Shown in pieces: positions 20,790 through 31,700 of a DNA stretch of 61,705 nucleotides. The notes under the pieces are model-generated. The model saw nothing but the letters and a program-made list of their open reading frames with translations, was not told where the DNA came from and made no database searches. Numbering within the stretch: the first letter of the stretch is position 1; every line of letters begins with the position of its first letter. Source of the DNA: Paludibacter propionicigenes (lineage in GTDB: Bacteria; Bacteroidota; Bacteroidia; Bacteroidales; JAIFNL01); contig DYNA01000004.1 in assembly GCA_020721325.1 (NCBI GenBank), positions 1 to 61,705 on the forward strand. The letters run 5' to 3'. A program made the translations under genes and the position numbers.

Positions 20790-22241
20790 ATGGAAGAAAA
20801 GAGTAAAATCATGGTGGAACATGTAGTTGTTTGGAATAGGTGTTTAGAGATTATAAAAGATAATATCCCTTCGGTAAGCTTTAAAACTTGGTTTCTTCCT
20901 ATTAAACCATTGAAACTTACCAATAAAGTATTAACTATTCAAGTACCCAGTCCTTTTTTTTATGAGTACTTAGAGGAGCAATATATTGATATTCTGCGTT
21001 CTACGCTCAAGAAAGAATTGGGAATAGGTGCGAAATTGGAATATAATGTTGTTATGGATAAGGAACGTACTGATAAACAGTTATATACGGTAGCTTATCC
21101 TGAAAAAAGTAAATCGGTGCCTGAAAATAAACCGTTTTCAATGTCGATAGCGGCGAGTGCTGATAAAAGTATTCGCAATCCCTTTGTAATTCCGGGTTTG
21201 CAGAAGTTGCATGTGGACCCGCAATTGAATGCTGAATATACTTTCAACAATTTTATTGAAGGTGAATGCAATCGTTTGGTGCGCAGTGCCGGAATTGCCG
21301 TTTCGAGTAAGCCCGGAGGCACAGCTTTTAATCCGCTTTTTATTTACGGAAATTCGGGTTTGGGTAAAACTCATTTGGCGCAAGCCATTGGTATTCAAGT
21401 GAAAGAGCAGTATCCTCAAAAAATTGTTCTTTATGTTTCTTCCAACAAATTTATCACGCAATACACCGATTCTATTCGTAAAAACAATTTGAATGATTTC
21501 ATTCATTTTTATCAAATGATTGATGTTTTGATTATTGACGATGTTCAGGAATTTGCAGGTAAGGATAAAACTCAGAATACGTTCTTCCACATTTTCAATC
21601 ACTTACAGCAGTCGGGCAAACAATTGATTTTAACTTCCGATAAGCCTCCGGTAGAATTGAAAGGCATGAATCAAAGGCTCTTGTCGCGCTTTAAATGGGG
21701 GCTGGCTGCTGAGCTTTCTAACCCCGATTATCTTACTCGATTGGCTATTTTGCGACACAAAATTTACAAGGAAGGTTTGAGCATTCCGGAAGAAGTGGTT
21801 GAATTTATTGCCACACACGTAAAAAATAACGTTCGTGAACTTGAAGGTACTCTCATTTCGCTTTTAGCGCAATCTACCTTGAATAAAAAAGAAATTACCC
21901 TTGAATTGGCTAAAGAATTGATAAATAAAATTGTTGTCAATACTAAAAAAATACTTTCAATTGATGAAATTCAAAAAATTGTTTGCGACCATTTTAATTT
22001 GAATGTAAATGTTTTGCAATCCAAATCGCGTAAGCGTGAAATTGTACAAGCGCGTCAAATGGCAATGTATTTTTCAAAAAATCTAACTAAATTTTCTTTG
22101 GCTGTTATCGGTTCAAAAATTGGCGGAAAAGACCATACAACCGTGTTACATGCCTACAAAACCATTACAAATATGTTGGAAACCGACAAAGTTTTTAAAA
22201 AAGACCTTTTTGAAATAGAACAGAAATTATTATTAGCATAA
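20790..22241 (+). CDS. dnaA: Chromosomal replication initiator protein DnaA
   Basis: Walker A GNSGLGKTHL, box VII/sensor regions and the C-terminal DNA-binding helix GGKDHTTVLHAYKTI. The start is ATG 20790 or ATG 20811; the track ORF starts at TTG 20754. Confidence 0.93.
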   Translation: MEEKSKIMVEHVVVWNRCLEIIKDNIPSVSFKTWFLPIKPLKLTNKVLTIQVPSPFFYEYLEEQYIDILRSTLKKELGIGAKLEYNVVMDKERTDKQLYTVAYPEKSKSVPENKPFSMSIAASADKSIRNPFVIPGLQKLHVDPQLNAEYTFNNFIEGECNRLVRSAGIAVSSKPGGTAFNPLFIYGNSGLGKTHLAQAIGIQVKEQYPQKIVLYVSSNKFITQYTDSIRKNNLNDFIHFYQMIDVLIIDDVQEFAGKDKTQNTFFHIFNHLQQSGKQLILTSDKPPVELKGMNQRLLSRFKWGLAAELSNPDYLTRLAILRHKIYKEGLSIPEEVVEFIATHVKNNVRELEGTLISLLAQSTLNKKEITLELAKELINKIVVNTKKILSIDEIQKIVCDHFNLNVNVLQSKSRKREIVQARQMAMYFSKNLTKFSLAVIGSKIGGKDHTTVLHAYKTITNMLETDKVFKKDLFEIEQKLLLA

Positions 22242-22273
22242 AATACCGGTTTTTTTATTCAAAAATAAGAAAA

Positions 22274-22313
22274 CAAAAAAATCCAAAATTCTTAGAATTT
22301 TGGATTTTTTTTT
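22274..22313. terminator. Bidirectional terminator between dnaA and the convergent gene
   Basis: atccaaaattc (22281-22291), loop tta, gaattttggat (22295-22305). An A run lies upstream and a T run downstream. Confidence 0.7.
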
Positions 22314-22331
22314 ATTTTAGTTGAAAAAAAA

Positions 22332-23417
22332 TTATTTTATAGTAAACTCATGATTAAAAATAACTTGTTGTTTGTAATTTACTACAAATTTGTAATCGCC
22401 TTTATCTAATTTTGGTTCGATTTCTAAGTTCACTTTTCCCTTCATTTTATTAATGGGAACACTCATTTGAGAAAATCTATAGGATTGAAAACCAGAATCT
22501 TCCTTTCTAAAAACAGACAAATAAGCATTTTTTTCATTCTCGTCGGCTTCAGGCAAAACAAAATCGACCAAAATATTTTTAATATCTTTGCTTTTGTGCA
22601 AATCCGAAGTATTTAATAAAACTGTTCGCTGAGTTTTTCGCCCTTCTTTGTAAAAATAAAAAGCTTTAAAGCTCGATTCGGCTATTTCTTTAACTTGTTT
22701 TGCATTTTCCGATAAAGTTTCAATTTTTTTGTCTTTGTTTTCAATCAATTTATCGGTTTCTTGCTTTAAAGCATCGAATTTGGCTTGTTCTGCTTTAAAA
22801 TCATTTTGTAATTTTTCCAAATATGCTGTATTTGTCGAACTTGTAGTCGAAAAACCCTCCAGTTGAGCCTGCAAAGATTGGATTTGTTTATTTAAAAGGT
22901 CTTTTTCTTTTTTCAAAACATTTGAATTAAGCTCCGCAATTCTCAATTCTTCAGCTATTCGTTTGTTTTCGGCTAAAATTTGAGCATTATTTGGGTCATT
23001 TACAGCTACTTGAGTAGAATTATTTAAATCATCGGAAATGGCTTCATAATTTAACAAATGCCCATTCAATTCGTCGAGCATCTCAGCCATGGCTTTGCGG
23101 TCTTTGGCATTGGCTATGGAATTGATGTTTTTCTTTTTTTCAACGATAATACGTTGCAATTTCATATAATTTTTTTTCAAAGCTTCGTATTGCGATGTAA
23201 TAAGTTTATTTTCAGCATGTAACGAATCCAATTCTACAATTTTAGAATCGACCTCGCTCCGCAAGCCAAAAAGCTTAACTTGAGCCGTTTCAAGTTTTTC
23301 ACTTGCCGATTCTGTTTTCCAAAAAAGAATTGAAATAATAATTGCCAAAGCCAAGATAATTACAAAAATCATATTTTTTTTGTCCTTGCCCAATTCAGCA
23401 TTCGATTGCGTTCCCAT
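22332..23417 (-). CDS. Membrane-anchored long coiled-coil protein, function unknown
   Basis: One N-terminal TM helix (MIFVIILALAIIISILFW), about 200 aa of heptad-like charged sequence, and a C-terminal beta-rich domain of about 110 aa. No catalytic motif recognised. Confidence 0.5.
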   Translation of the reverse strand: MGTQSNAELGKDKKNMIFVIILALAIIISILFWKTESASEKLETAQVKLFGLRSEVDSKIVELDSLHAENKLITSQYEALKKNYMKLQRIIVEKKKNINSIANAKDRKAMAEMLDELNGHLLNYEAISDDLNNSTQVAVNDPNNAQILAENKRIAEELRIAELNSNVLKKEKDLLNKQIQSLQAQLEGFSTTSSTNTAYLEKLQNDFKAEQAKFDALKQETDKLIENKDKKIETLSENAKQVKEIAESSFKAFYFYKEGRKTQRTVLLNTSDLHKSKDIKNILVDFVLPEADENEKNAYLSVFRKEDSGFQSYRFSQMSVPINKMKGKVNLEIEPKLDKGDYKFVVNYKQQVIFNHEFTIK

Positions 23418-23424
23418 AGATTAT

Positions 23425-24234
23425 TTATTTTATTTGAGTAAAAATTTCTTTCTTATTGTCTTTGATTAAACTGTTTAAAGTACTTTTTAATGCCATAGAA
23501 TTTTTTTCGGAAATAGATGTAAAACGCTTTGAAGTTTGATTCAAATTCAATATTCGTGTTGATAAAATATGAATTTTGCTTTTTGAAACGGACTTTAGCG
23601 TAAACGCTCGCCACATCATTAAAAAAGAAAAAATAGTGCCGCTGATTAATAGTAAAGCGGTTTGCTGATTAATACTTGGATATTTTTTTATAGCAAAAAA
23701 TGCAATTAAACCAAGCAAAACGATAGACAAAAAGGTCAAAAATTTTGATAAAAAGATACGTTTTAAGTACAAATTATGTTGTTTTTGCAAATTATCAGAC
23801 AACGATTGCATTAAATTCAACGTTTTTTGCTTATTTATTTGAGTCACTTCAGACAAAACAAATTCCTCTTCTTTTTCCTTTTTTTCTTGAACAGTGAGCG
23901 GATTGTTATTTTCAATTGATTTTATTATTTCTTCATTTTTAGCTTGAACAACTTGGGAGGATATGGGTTTGTTTTGTTCACTAAGTTTTAAATTTTCCGA
24001 TTTTTTTTCTGTTTTTAAAATTTTATTTTCGGTATTTTCAATATAAAAAAAATCTGTTACCAAATAATTGTAAAATATTAATCCTAAGCCGAATGTGATA
24101 AAAAATATACCAACAGCAAACACCGTACTTGATTGTATATCAAATATTTCTGAAAATTTTACTCGAAATAATAAAAAAAATATACCTAAAGCTATTAACA
24201 AAAAAATAGATATAGGGTTAGATAATTTTTGCAT
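23425..24234 (-). CDS. Four-TM membrane protein with a central charged linker, function unknown
   Basis: Two N-terminal and two C-terminal hydrophobic helices flank a K/E-rich segment. The stop lies 7 nt upstream of the next gene's start codon (23417). Confidence 0.45.
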   Translation of the reverse strand: MQKLSNPISIFLLIALGIFFLLFRVKFSEIFDIQSSTVFAVGIFFITFGLGLIFYNYLVTDFFYIENTENKILKTEKKSENLKLSEQNKPISSQVVQAKNEEIIKSIENNNPLTVQEKKEKEEEFVLSEVTQINKQKTLNLMQSLSDNLQKQHNLYLKRIFLSKFLTFLSIVLLGLIAFFAIKKYPSINQQTALLLISGTIFSFLMMWRAFTLKSVSKSKIHILSTRILNLNQTSKRFTSISEKNSMALKSTLNSLIKDNKKEIFTQIK

Positions 24235-24776
24235 AAATATATTGTGTTAGACTTTTTTGTTTGTTTTCATAAATTCTCTATAAAACGATAGCTATTTCAA
24301 TGCTAAAGTAACAATTTTTTTTTTTTTTTAACGGTAAATAAAGTTTTTGTAGGTAAACAAAAGGTAAACATATTTTGTAATTACTTTAAACATAAATGAT
24401 TATAGCTAAAAAAAAATAAGTTTTTTCTTTATTTTTATTTGTTTTTTTTTATTTTATAACATTTTATAAATTCTTTTTTTTCGTAAAATTAATTTTTTCT
24501 TTGTTTTAAAAAAAAAGAAAATAATACTGTATTTATCTATCATAAAGAATATTAAAAAAAGTTTTTCCGTAAATATTCATGCCTTTATTATTTTTTCTTA
24601 AAAAACAGTTCATTTTTTTTTTATCCATTTTTTAAAATAAATATTTTTAAACTTTAACAAATTATTTATGCTTATTCATTTTTTTTTAATACTTTTGTTT
24701 TTTCTTTTGCAAAATGCACTTATTATTTCAAATCAGAATTTAATTTTTAAAATTTTAAATATAAAACTTTAAAATA

Positions 24777-25325
24777 GTGAGCTTTATAACAAATTTAAAA
24801 CAAAAAATAGGATATTATATTCTCAGAAAAGGAATTAAAAAAAGTAAGCGCAATAAAGCCTTTTTTAATTTTGATTCGGCTAAGGCTATTGGAATCATCT
24901 TTGATGCTTCACACCAAGATTCTTATTTAATTGCAAAAAGTTTTATGGCAGATTTGAATTTGAAAAATATCAAAGTCGATGCCTTAGGATATGTTAAAAC
25001 CAAAGAAGCTATTTCATACTTTCCACATCACGAAGGAATTTTTTTCTTTTCTATTAAAGAAACCAATTGGTATGGAAAACTTAATTACTCTGAAGTTGAT
25101 GAGTTTGCTAAAAAAAGTTACGATATTTTAATTGATTTAAGTATGTCCGATTTGCTTCAAATTAAATTTATTATCGGGCTTTCGGCGGCGAAGCTTAAAA
25201 TTGGTAGAGGCATTGATAATCAAGAGTTTTACGATATTATTATTAACATTGACCAAAACAAGTCGCTCAAAGAATTTATCGATTTAATTAATCATTACAT
25301 GTCGGTTTTAAAAAATCCAAAATAA
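24777..25325 (+). CDS. Conserved hypothetical protein
   Basis: 182-aa ORF with a GTG start, 21 nt upstream of dapA. No motif recognised. Confidence 0.4.
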   Translation: MSFITNLKQKIGYYILRKGIKKSKRNKAFFNFDSAKAIGIIFDASHQDSYLIAKSFMADLNLKNIKVDALGYVKTKEAISYFPHHEGIFFFSIKETNWYGKLNYSEVDEFAKKSYDILIDLSMSDLLQIKFIIGLSAAKLKIGRGIDNQEFYDIIINIDQNKSLKEFIDLINHYMSVLKNPK

Positions 25326-25346
25326 TTATTTTATTCCTGATTGAGT

Positions 25347-26231
25347 ATGCTAAATTTTAAATTTTCCGGTACCGGAGTAGCCGTAATTACTCCTTTCAAT
25401 GCTGACAAATCCATCAATTGGAATTTCTTAGAAAAGCAAATTAACTATTTGATAAGCAGTAAAGTAGAATACTTAGTGGTATTAGGTACAACCTCTGAAG
25501 CTTCTACCATGAGCGATGATGAAAAGCGAAAATTAGTCGATTTTTTTATCGAAAAAGTTAATAAAAAAGTACCTCTTGTTATTGGAATGGCGGGCAACGA
25601 CACTCGAAAAATCGAAAATAAAATTAAATCTTACGATTTAACCGGAATTGATGCCATTCTCTCTGTTTCGCCTTATTACAATAAACCGCAACAAGAAGGT
25701 ATTTACTTGCATTACAAGGCTTTAGCAGAAGTAAGTCCGCTTCCTATCATTTTATATAATGTTCCCGGTCGCACGGCTTCAAATATTTCTGCCGATACAA
25801 CTATCAGATTAGCAAATGATTACAAAAATATCATCGCCATCAAAGAAGCTTCGGGCGATTTGATGCAAAGCATGAAAATTATTAAGAACAAACCGGCTCA
25901 TTTTGAAGTCATTTCAGGCGACGATGCTTTGAGCTTGCCGTTGATAGCTTTGGGTGCAAAAGGTGTTATTTCGGTGATAGCCAATTCATTACCGCTTCAG
26001 TATTCCGATTTAATTCGTTTTGCCTTAAAAGGCGATTTTGAAAAAGCCAATGAATTGCAATACAGAATGTTAAATCTTTTCAATTTGATTTTTGAAGAAG
26101 GAAATCCGGCTGGAGTTAAAGCCGCTATGGCATACCAAAATTTACTTGAAGAGCATTTGCGTTTACCTCTAATTCCTGTTTCTAACAATTTGAAAAACAG
26201 AGTTATAGAAGAAATTAAAAAATTTCAATAA
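25347..26231 (+). CDS. dapA: 4-hydroxy-tetrahydrodipicolinate synthase
   Basis: GTGVAVITPF, GTTSEASTMS, YNVPGRT, and IAIKEASGD containing the Schiff-base lysine. ATG 25347 is preferred over TTG 25341. Confidence 0.92.
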   Translation: MLNFKFSGTGVAVITPFNADKSINWNFLEKQINYLISSKVEYLVVLGTTSEASTMSDDEKRKLVDFFIEKVNKKVPLVIGMAGNDTRKIENKIKSYDLTGIDAILSVSPYYNKPQQEGIYLHYKALAEVSPLPIILYNVPGRTASNISADTTIRLANDYKNIIAIKEASGDLMQSMKIIKNKPAHFEVISGDDALSLPLIALGAKGVISVIANSLPLQYSDLIRFALKGDFEKANELQYRMLNLFNLIFEEGNPAGVKAAMAYQNLLEEHLRLPLIPVSNNLKNRVIEEIKKFQ

Positions 26232-26341
26232 GTTAAGTGTTAGAAAAGTAAAAATTAATTGTACCTCAAATAAATTTAAAATTTTGAGGTAATATAATCA
26301 CTAAAAATTTAATTTTTATAAAAAAGTTTTTGCAAAAAAAT

Positions 26342-27046
26342 ATGGAAAAACAAATTGCACAATGGAATGAGCAATTTCAAAAGGCTAAACCGGAAGAGGT
26401 AATTGCTTTTTTTTTAGAAAAATTTAAAAATAAAATAGCATTATCTTCGAGTTTGGGCGCAGAAGACCAGGTTTTAACCCATTTAATTGCCCAAATTGAT
26501 AAAAATTGTACAATTTTTACCCTCGATACCGGCAGATTATTTCCCGAAACTTACGAATTGATTGAACGAACAAACAATAAGTACAAAATTAAGTTGAAAG
26601 TATATTTTCCTGATTATAAAGAAGTTGAAGAAATGGTTTTTACCAAAGGAATCAATCTTTTTTACGAAAGTATAGAAAATAGAAAAGAATGTTGTAAAAT
26701 ACGTAAGCTGAAACCGCTTGCCAGAGCATTTGAAGGATTAGATGCGTGGATTTGCGGGCTTAGACGCGAGCAATCCGTTACCCGCGCCGATATGCAGGTG
26801 GTGGAATGGGATAAAAATAATAATTTATTGAAAATCAATCCCTTAATAGCTTGGACAGAGCAAGAAGTTTGGGATTACATCAGGGCAAATCATGTGCCTT
26901 ATCACACTTTGCACGACAAAAATTATCCAAGCATCGGTTGTCAGCCATGCACAATGCCCGTAAAACCGGGTGCTGACGTGCGTTCCGGGCGTTGGTGGTG
27001 GGAAAATCCCGAACACAAAGAGTGCGGACTTCATGCCAAAGAATAG
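26342..27046 (+). CDS. cysH: Phosphoadenylyl/adenylyl-sulfate reductase (thioredoxin-dependent)
   Basis: PAPS_reduct fold (SSSLGAEDQVL), a C-terminal KECGLH motif, and a CC...CxxC cysteine set (ECCKIRK, GCQPC) typical of Fe-S containing APS-reductase-type CysH. Confidence 0.85.
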   Translation: MEKQIAQWNEQFQKAKPEEVIAFFLEKFKNKIALSSSLGAEDQVLTHLIAQIDKNCTIFTLDTGRLFPETYELIERTNNKYKIKLKVYFPDYKEVEEMVFTKGINLFYESIENRKECCKIRKLKPLARAFEGLDAWICGLRREQSVTRADMQVVEWDKNNNLLKINPLIAWTEQEVWDYIRANHVPYHTLHDKNYPSIGCQPCTMPVKPGADVRSGRWWWENPEHKECGLHAKE

Positions 27047-27053
27047 TTTTATA

Positions 27054-27082
27054 AAAGCCTAATTTTCAATAAATTAGGCTTT
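27054..27082. terminator. Bidirectional terminator between cysH and the GAF gene
   Basis: 12-bp perfect stem, aaagcctaattt (27054-27065) with aaattaggcttt (27071-27082), and a 5-nt loop. Confidence 0.7.
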
Positions 27083-27114
27083 CTATTTTTAGCTTTATTG
27101 AAAAAAATAATTTT

Positions 27115-27603
27115 TTAACTTTTAAGATTTTGTGAAATAATTTGACACAAAAAAGTTAAATATTTTTCATCTATTTCATCAAAATCATTTAATTTATTGC
27201 TATCGACATCGAAAATGTACTTAACTTGCTGATTTACAAATATTGGCAAAACAATTTCCGATTTTGAATCAGAGCTGCAAGCTATATGTCCGGGAAATTC
27301 TTCAACATTCGGTACAATAATGGGGGCTTGGTTTTTCCAAGCCGTTCCACAGACGCCTTTTCCGTAAGCAATTCGTGTACAAGCAATTGGACCATGAAAA
27401 GGTGCTAACACCAATTGGTTTTCTTTCACTTCGTAAAAACCCACCCAAAAAAAATTCATGCCAAAATACAAAGCCGATGCAATGTTGGCTAAATTGGCAA
27501 TTACATCTTTTTCACCTTCAATAAGTGCCTCAATTTGAGGAAGTAAGGCTATGTACTTTTCTTCTTTTGATGCAGAAGCATCTATAAATAAATTTTCAGC
27601 CAT
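27115..27603 (-). CDS. msrC: GAF-domain protein, free methionine-(R)-sulfoxide reductase-like
   Basis: 162 aa. The WVGFYEV...LVLAPFHGPIACTRIAYGKGVCGTAW...GHIACSSDSKSEIVLPI pattern matches the YebR/fRMsr family. Confidence 0.7.
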   Translation of the reverse strand: MAENLFIDASASKEEKYIALLPQIEALIEGEKDVIANLANIASALYFGMNFFWVGFYEVKENQLVLAPFHGPIACTRIAYGKGVCGTAWKNQAPIIVPNVEEFPGHIACSSDSKSEIVLPIFVNQQVKYIFDVDSNKLNDFDEIDEKYLTFLCQIISQNLKS

Positions 27604-27608
27604 TTTTT

Positions 27609-28190
27609 TTATTTTGCTTGTGAAAAAAGCTCTTTGACAAGATATAAATTTCTTTCTATCAAGTGAATAGTTCCAAAAGATGGTCCCGAATAAAAGCGAA
27701 ATGTGATGGTGTCGCTATTTAAAATTTCATGGATTTGTTGCTTGTTGAGTTCGATTAAAAACTGCTCTTCTTTCCATGTTTCTGACGATATTCCCGTAAC
27801 TACATTTATGGTTGTACTATCGTTAATTTGCATGTTTTCAGTGTTTTCCACTGTTTTATGCCGTAATTTTATATCGCGTTTTTCAATGTATTTTTCATAT
27901 ATTTTATTATCCAAAATCATATAAAAAGTATCTAACAAAGCAAAACTTCCCGAAGAACGATGAATGGTCGTATAAATTTTATACGTTTCTTTTTGCTGCT
28001 TTTTTTCCAGTGCAAATGTAAACCGACCACTTAAAATATCAGTTATTTTTTCATCAGTACTTTCGTATATTTTAACATAAGCATTCTGGGTTTTTCGGTA
28101 TTCATCGTTTTGATATACAATAGTTTCCTTATATCCGCATGAATTTAGAAAAAATAAAATAATTAAAAGTAAAATACCTGTTTTTTTCAT
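27609..28190 (-). CDS. Lipoprotein, function unknown
   Basis: Signal peptide with lipobox FFLNSCG. No other motif recognised. Confidence 0.5.
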   Translation of the reverse strand: MKKTGILLLIILFFLNSCGYKETIVYQNDEYRKTQNAYVKIYESTDEKITDILSGRFTFALEKKQQKETYKIYTTIHRSSGSFALLDTFYMILDNKIYEKYIEKRDIKLRHKTVENTENMQINDSTTINVVTGISSETWKEEQFLIELNKQQIHEILNSDTITFRFYSGPSFGTIHLIERNLYLVKELFSQAK

Positions 28191-28196
28191 AAAAAA

Positions 28197-28700
28197 TTAT
28201 TCTTTAAAAATAGCATAATAAATTAAATCGATAATTTTTCCATTTTTAACAGCCGCTTTTTTCAAAACGGCTTCTTTAATGAAATTATTTTTTTCCAAAA
28301 CTTTGGTAGAAGCAATGTTAAAATCATATACTTTAGCATAAATTTTTATTACTTTTTCAAAAGTATCGAATGTATAGCTGATTATTTTACTAACTACCTC
28401 ACTCATAATGCCTTGTCCCCAATATTGCTCGCTTAACCAATAGCCCAATTCGGCTGTTATTTCGTAAATTCCTGTTTGTGGGTGAATAGAAATAACTCCA
28501 ACTGCCTCATTATTAACTACAATAGCAAATACTTTCAGCGGTTCTTCCGTTTGCTTGAGGGCGATAAAATCTACAGCATTTTGCAACAGATACGGATACG
28601 GAAATACATCGGTCAAATTATTTGCAATTTTCTGGTTATTAGCATGTTTGGCTAAAGAACCGGCATCGCTTTGTCGTAAACTTCTTAATTCAAATTTCAT
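28197..28700 (-). CDS. GNAT family N-acetyltransferase (RimJ/RimL-like)
   Basis: 167 aa. The ELGYWLSEQYWGQGIMSEVV acetyl-CoA binding block is typical of GNAT Acetyltransf_3-like proteins. Confidence 0.75.
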   Translation of the reverse strand: MKFELRSLRQSDAGSLAKHANNQKIANNLTDVFPYPYLLQNAVDFIALKQTEEPLKVFAIVVNNEAVGVISIHPQTGIYEITAELGYWLSEQYWGQGIMSEVVSKIISYTFDTFEKVIKIYAKVYDFNIASTKVLEKNNFIKEAVLKKAAVKNGKIIDLIYYAIFKE

Positions 28701-28720
28701 TTTTTACTTATAAAAAAATA

Positions 28721-31700
28721 TTATTTTAATTCGGGAATAATAAATTTTTCTAAAAAACACATCCCTTCTAAAATTAACATAGAATGCTTATAATCAAATG
28801 GTTGTCCGGTTTTTGCTTGTTCGTTGGCTTTTTGCCATTCCGAATCATTTAGTATAAACGCTTTCAATTCGCGTGCAAGTTGAGCTTTTTTAGCTTCCAA
28901 TTGGGCGGCATCATTTTTTATTCCAGTAGAATTAGGACCAACAAAGCGTATAAAAATATCAAAAAATTTATTAAATTCTATAAATTTGTCCGGTATTCTA
29001 ATACCGAATTTCATATCTTTGAGATGCTCTATTTTTATTATATCGGAAGCTTTAAGTAATTGTTCTTCTCCATTTTGGGGTTGAAATACAAATCCGTTTT
29101 CGCCAAAAAGGTCTGAATTTTCGCGTACATCTGCCGATACGGTAACTTCTTGCGGAGCAGAAAGTCCTTTGGAAACTTCCGATTTATTGTCGCTACGAAT
29201 GCTATCTTTCTTTTCTAAATTGATGTGCTGGCTTCCTTCGCCAAATCCGGCTTTAAAGCATTGATTGTAATAGTTTCGGGCTTCGGTTTTTCCCGGAAAA
29301 ACATCAAGCCAATCAAAAATTCTTCCGCCTTTTCCGAAAGGTAAAAAATCGACCATTCTTACGTTTTGATATTCGTTTTCTTTCATGGCTTTTGCAATCA
29401 ACTGTCCGGAGTAAAACAAAAGTAAACCGGTAATATAAGCCGGTATCACAAACACTTCGGGCGTAAATTGCGCCAAAGAACTGTAAAAAGCTCTAAATTG
29501 CTCATCTTTTAACCGGTCGAGTATGGCATTCAGATAAAAAGGTGAAGTATTGGCTTTTTCTGTAATATCCTTAATATTAGCCACTTTAATGGGACATGCC
29601 GGACTTTCATGATACTTATAAATGGCATGTCTTACGGCATTTGAATCCTTGATTACTTCCGATAAAATTCCGGCAGCCATGCGAAGCGAACTTTGCTTAC
29701 TCAATTTATAAGCACGCGCTTTGCTATCCATTCCGAGAACCAAAATGTCTGAGGTTGAGCCACCTACGTCAATACCGAGCAAGATATTTTTTTCGTCCAA
29801 GCCAATGTTCGTTAAAGCGTAATTGCAAACCGCTTCGGCTTCGGTGCTGGGCTGGTAACTCACTTTAATTGAGTGCTTTTCGATGGGTACGTGCGAAAGT
29901 TCGTCGTACATAAGCTGATATTGTCTTACATCGAATTTTGTGAATGAACCCGGATATGACCAACGCAACTCATTGGCTAACACTTTATTAGCATACAAAT
30001 CGGCAACTGCCATAATCCAAACCGTTTTCAAATATGCTTTCTTTTTTTCTTTCCCTCTGGCATCGTTGAGCCATTTCATGCTGTGATGCAAAATTCCGGC
30101 ATTGGTCGTAATTGTGCGGTTGTCCATGCCGTGAATGACCAAATTATGCTCAAAAATAGGTACTCCACCTGCTATTTCTTCTTGTTCCATGCCGGTTGCA
30201 ACATATTGTGGCTTGTGGTCGTGAACCCACGATTTAATTTGCCCGTTGGCGGTATCTTCGTTTTGAAAAAATAAAAGTTCGTTGCGAACGGCTGTTTTTT
30301 CGCGAAAATGGTCTATAATTTCAGCACCAAGCAAAAAGATTCTTCTATTTTTGAACGGAATGGGTTCTACTTCGGAACGATTTGTACGTGAATAACTTAG
30401 ACAGGAATTGTTGCTTCCAAAATCTATTCCTATAACAGCCGTTTCAAAGTTCGTTTCATGCGATAAATCATAGATTTGTTGCCCGCCCATTGACTCGTCA
30501 TTTGGCTCTTTTACAATTAGATAGCCACAAATTCGGTCTTTTCCGCCTATCATAGCCCGAAGCTCTAAACCGGCAACCGGACGATTTGAACGAATAACTT
30601 CATACGGATGGTCTTCGCGCGTAGCCGTTGATACCGGATATTTTATCAAATGCTCAATTTTTAAATCGGGGTGATAGCCTTCGTAACCGCCATAAATTAA
30701 ATTTTCTTTATGGTCGAAAATGTAATTTCCTCCATCGTAACCATTTGATTGTGAGATATTTTTGTAAAAAGGGACAAATTTTATATCGCGTGAGTTTGAA
30801 GGATATTCGTTGTAAAAATAATATTGATTCCAATTGCGCGAAATAAAATTTGGCCACATAATTATGTTGCGTTGCACTCCGGTAAGCAGTTTAATTTCGT
30901 ATTCGCGCACTATGGGCGTTTGTTTTTTGCCATCGACTATCAAAAATAATTCCACAATGAGCTTAAAATCATTTACTTTGATGCTTGCGCGAAGTTCGTG
31001 TGAGTGTTCGAGCGAAGAATTGACCAACTCCCCTACTCTATTCTTAAACAAGCGTAAACCGTAGTTACTCAAGGGAATAGGAAAATACCACTTTTTATTT
31101 GCATTTTGGGGGTCGGTGCAAGTCATGTAATGAACGGCACTTGTTTCAAGTCGTTGTTCTTCACTTACTTGCGAAAGCGAAAAGATAAAATCGTCGTGCA
31201 TCAAAATTTTTTGCAAATCAACTTTTTGTCCGCCATTCGTTTCGTCAAAACTAAAATTTCCTTCGTTTAAAAACAAATCTTGCTTAATTCGGAAAAGTTG
31301 CGTAAATGGTTGCATAAATTCCAATTCTGCATCTAAAGCACCTTCGGTAACTAATTGAAAACCACGTGCTTTTATTTCAGAACTCCATTTTTGCACAAAC
31401 TCGAAAAGTGGAGTAAGTTTTAAATTCTCTTTGCCTTCTCTGTTTTGATTGATTTCTTTTTCAAATTCTGGTATTCTGTTTGCCAAATTATTTACCAGCA
31501 AATACAGTTTTTGCAATTGATTGTTATCAAAATTTCCAAATTCGAGCGGATTGTCAAAACGCCCGTTTCTAAACCACGGCACATCACCTTTTGCCGTAAA
31601 GGCACTGTAATCTATTCCGGTGAAAATCAAGGAGTAAGGTGAAGTTGCACCGATTAAAAGATTGTTGTAATAAATCAGTTGAATTTGGGGTTTGCTTTGC

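Noticed and set aside
21095-21818. Minus-strand ORFs 21095..21322, 21138..21602 and 21630..21818 within dnaA
   Set aside because: They are antisense to dnaA, have no recognisable domains, and are typical shadow ORFs.
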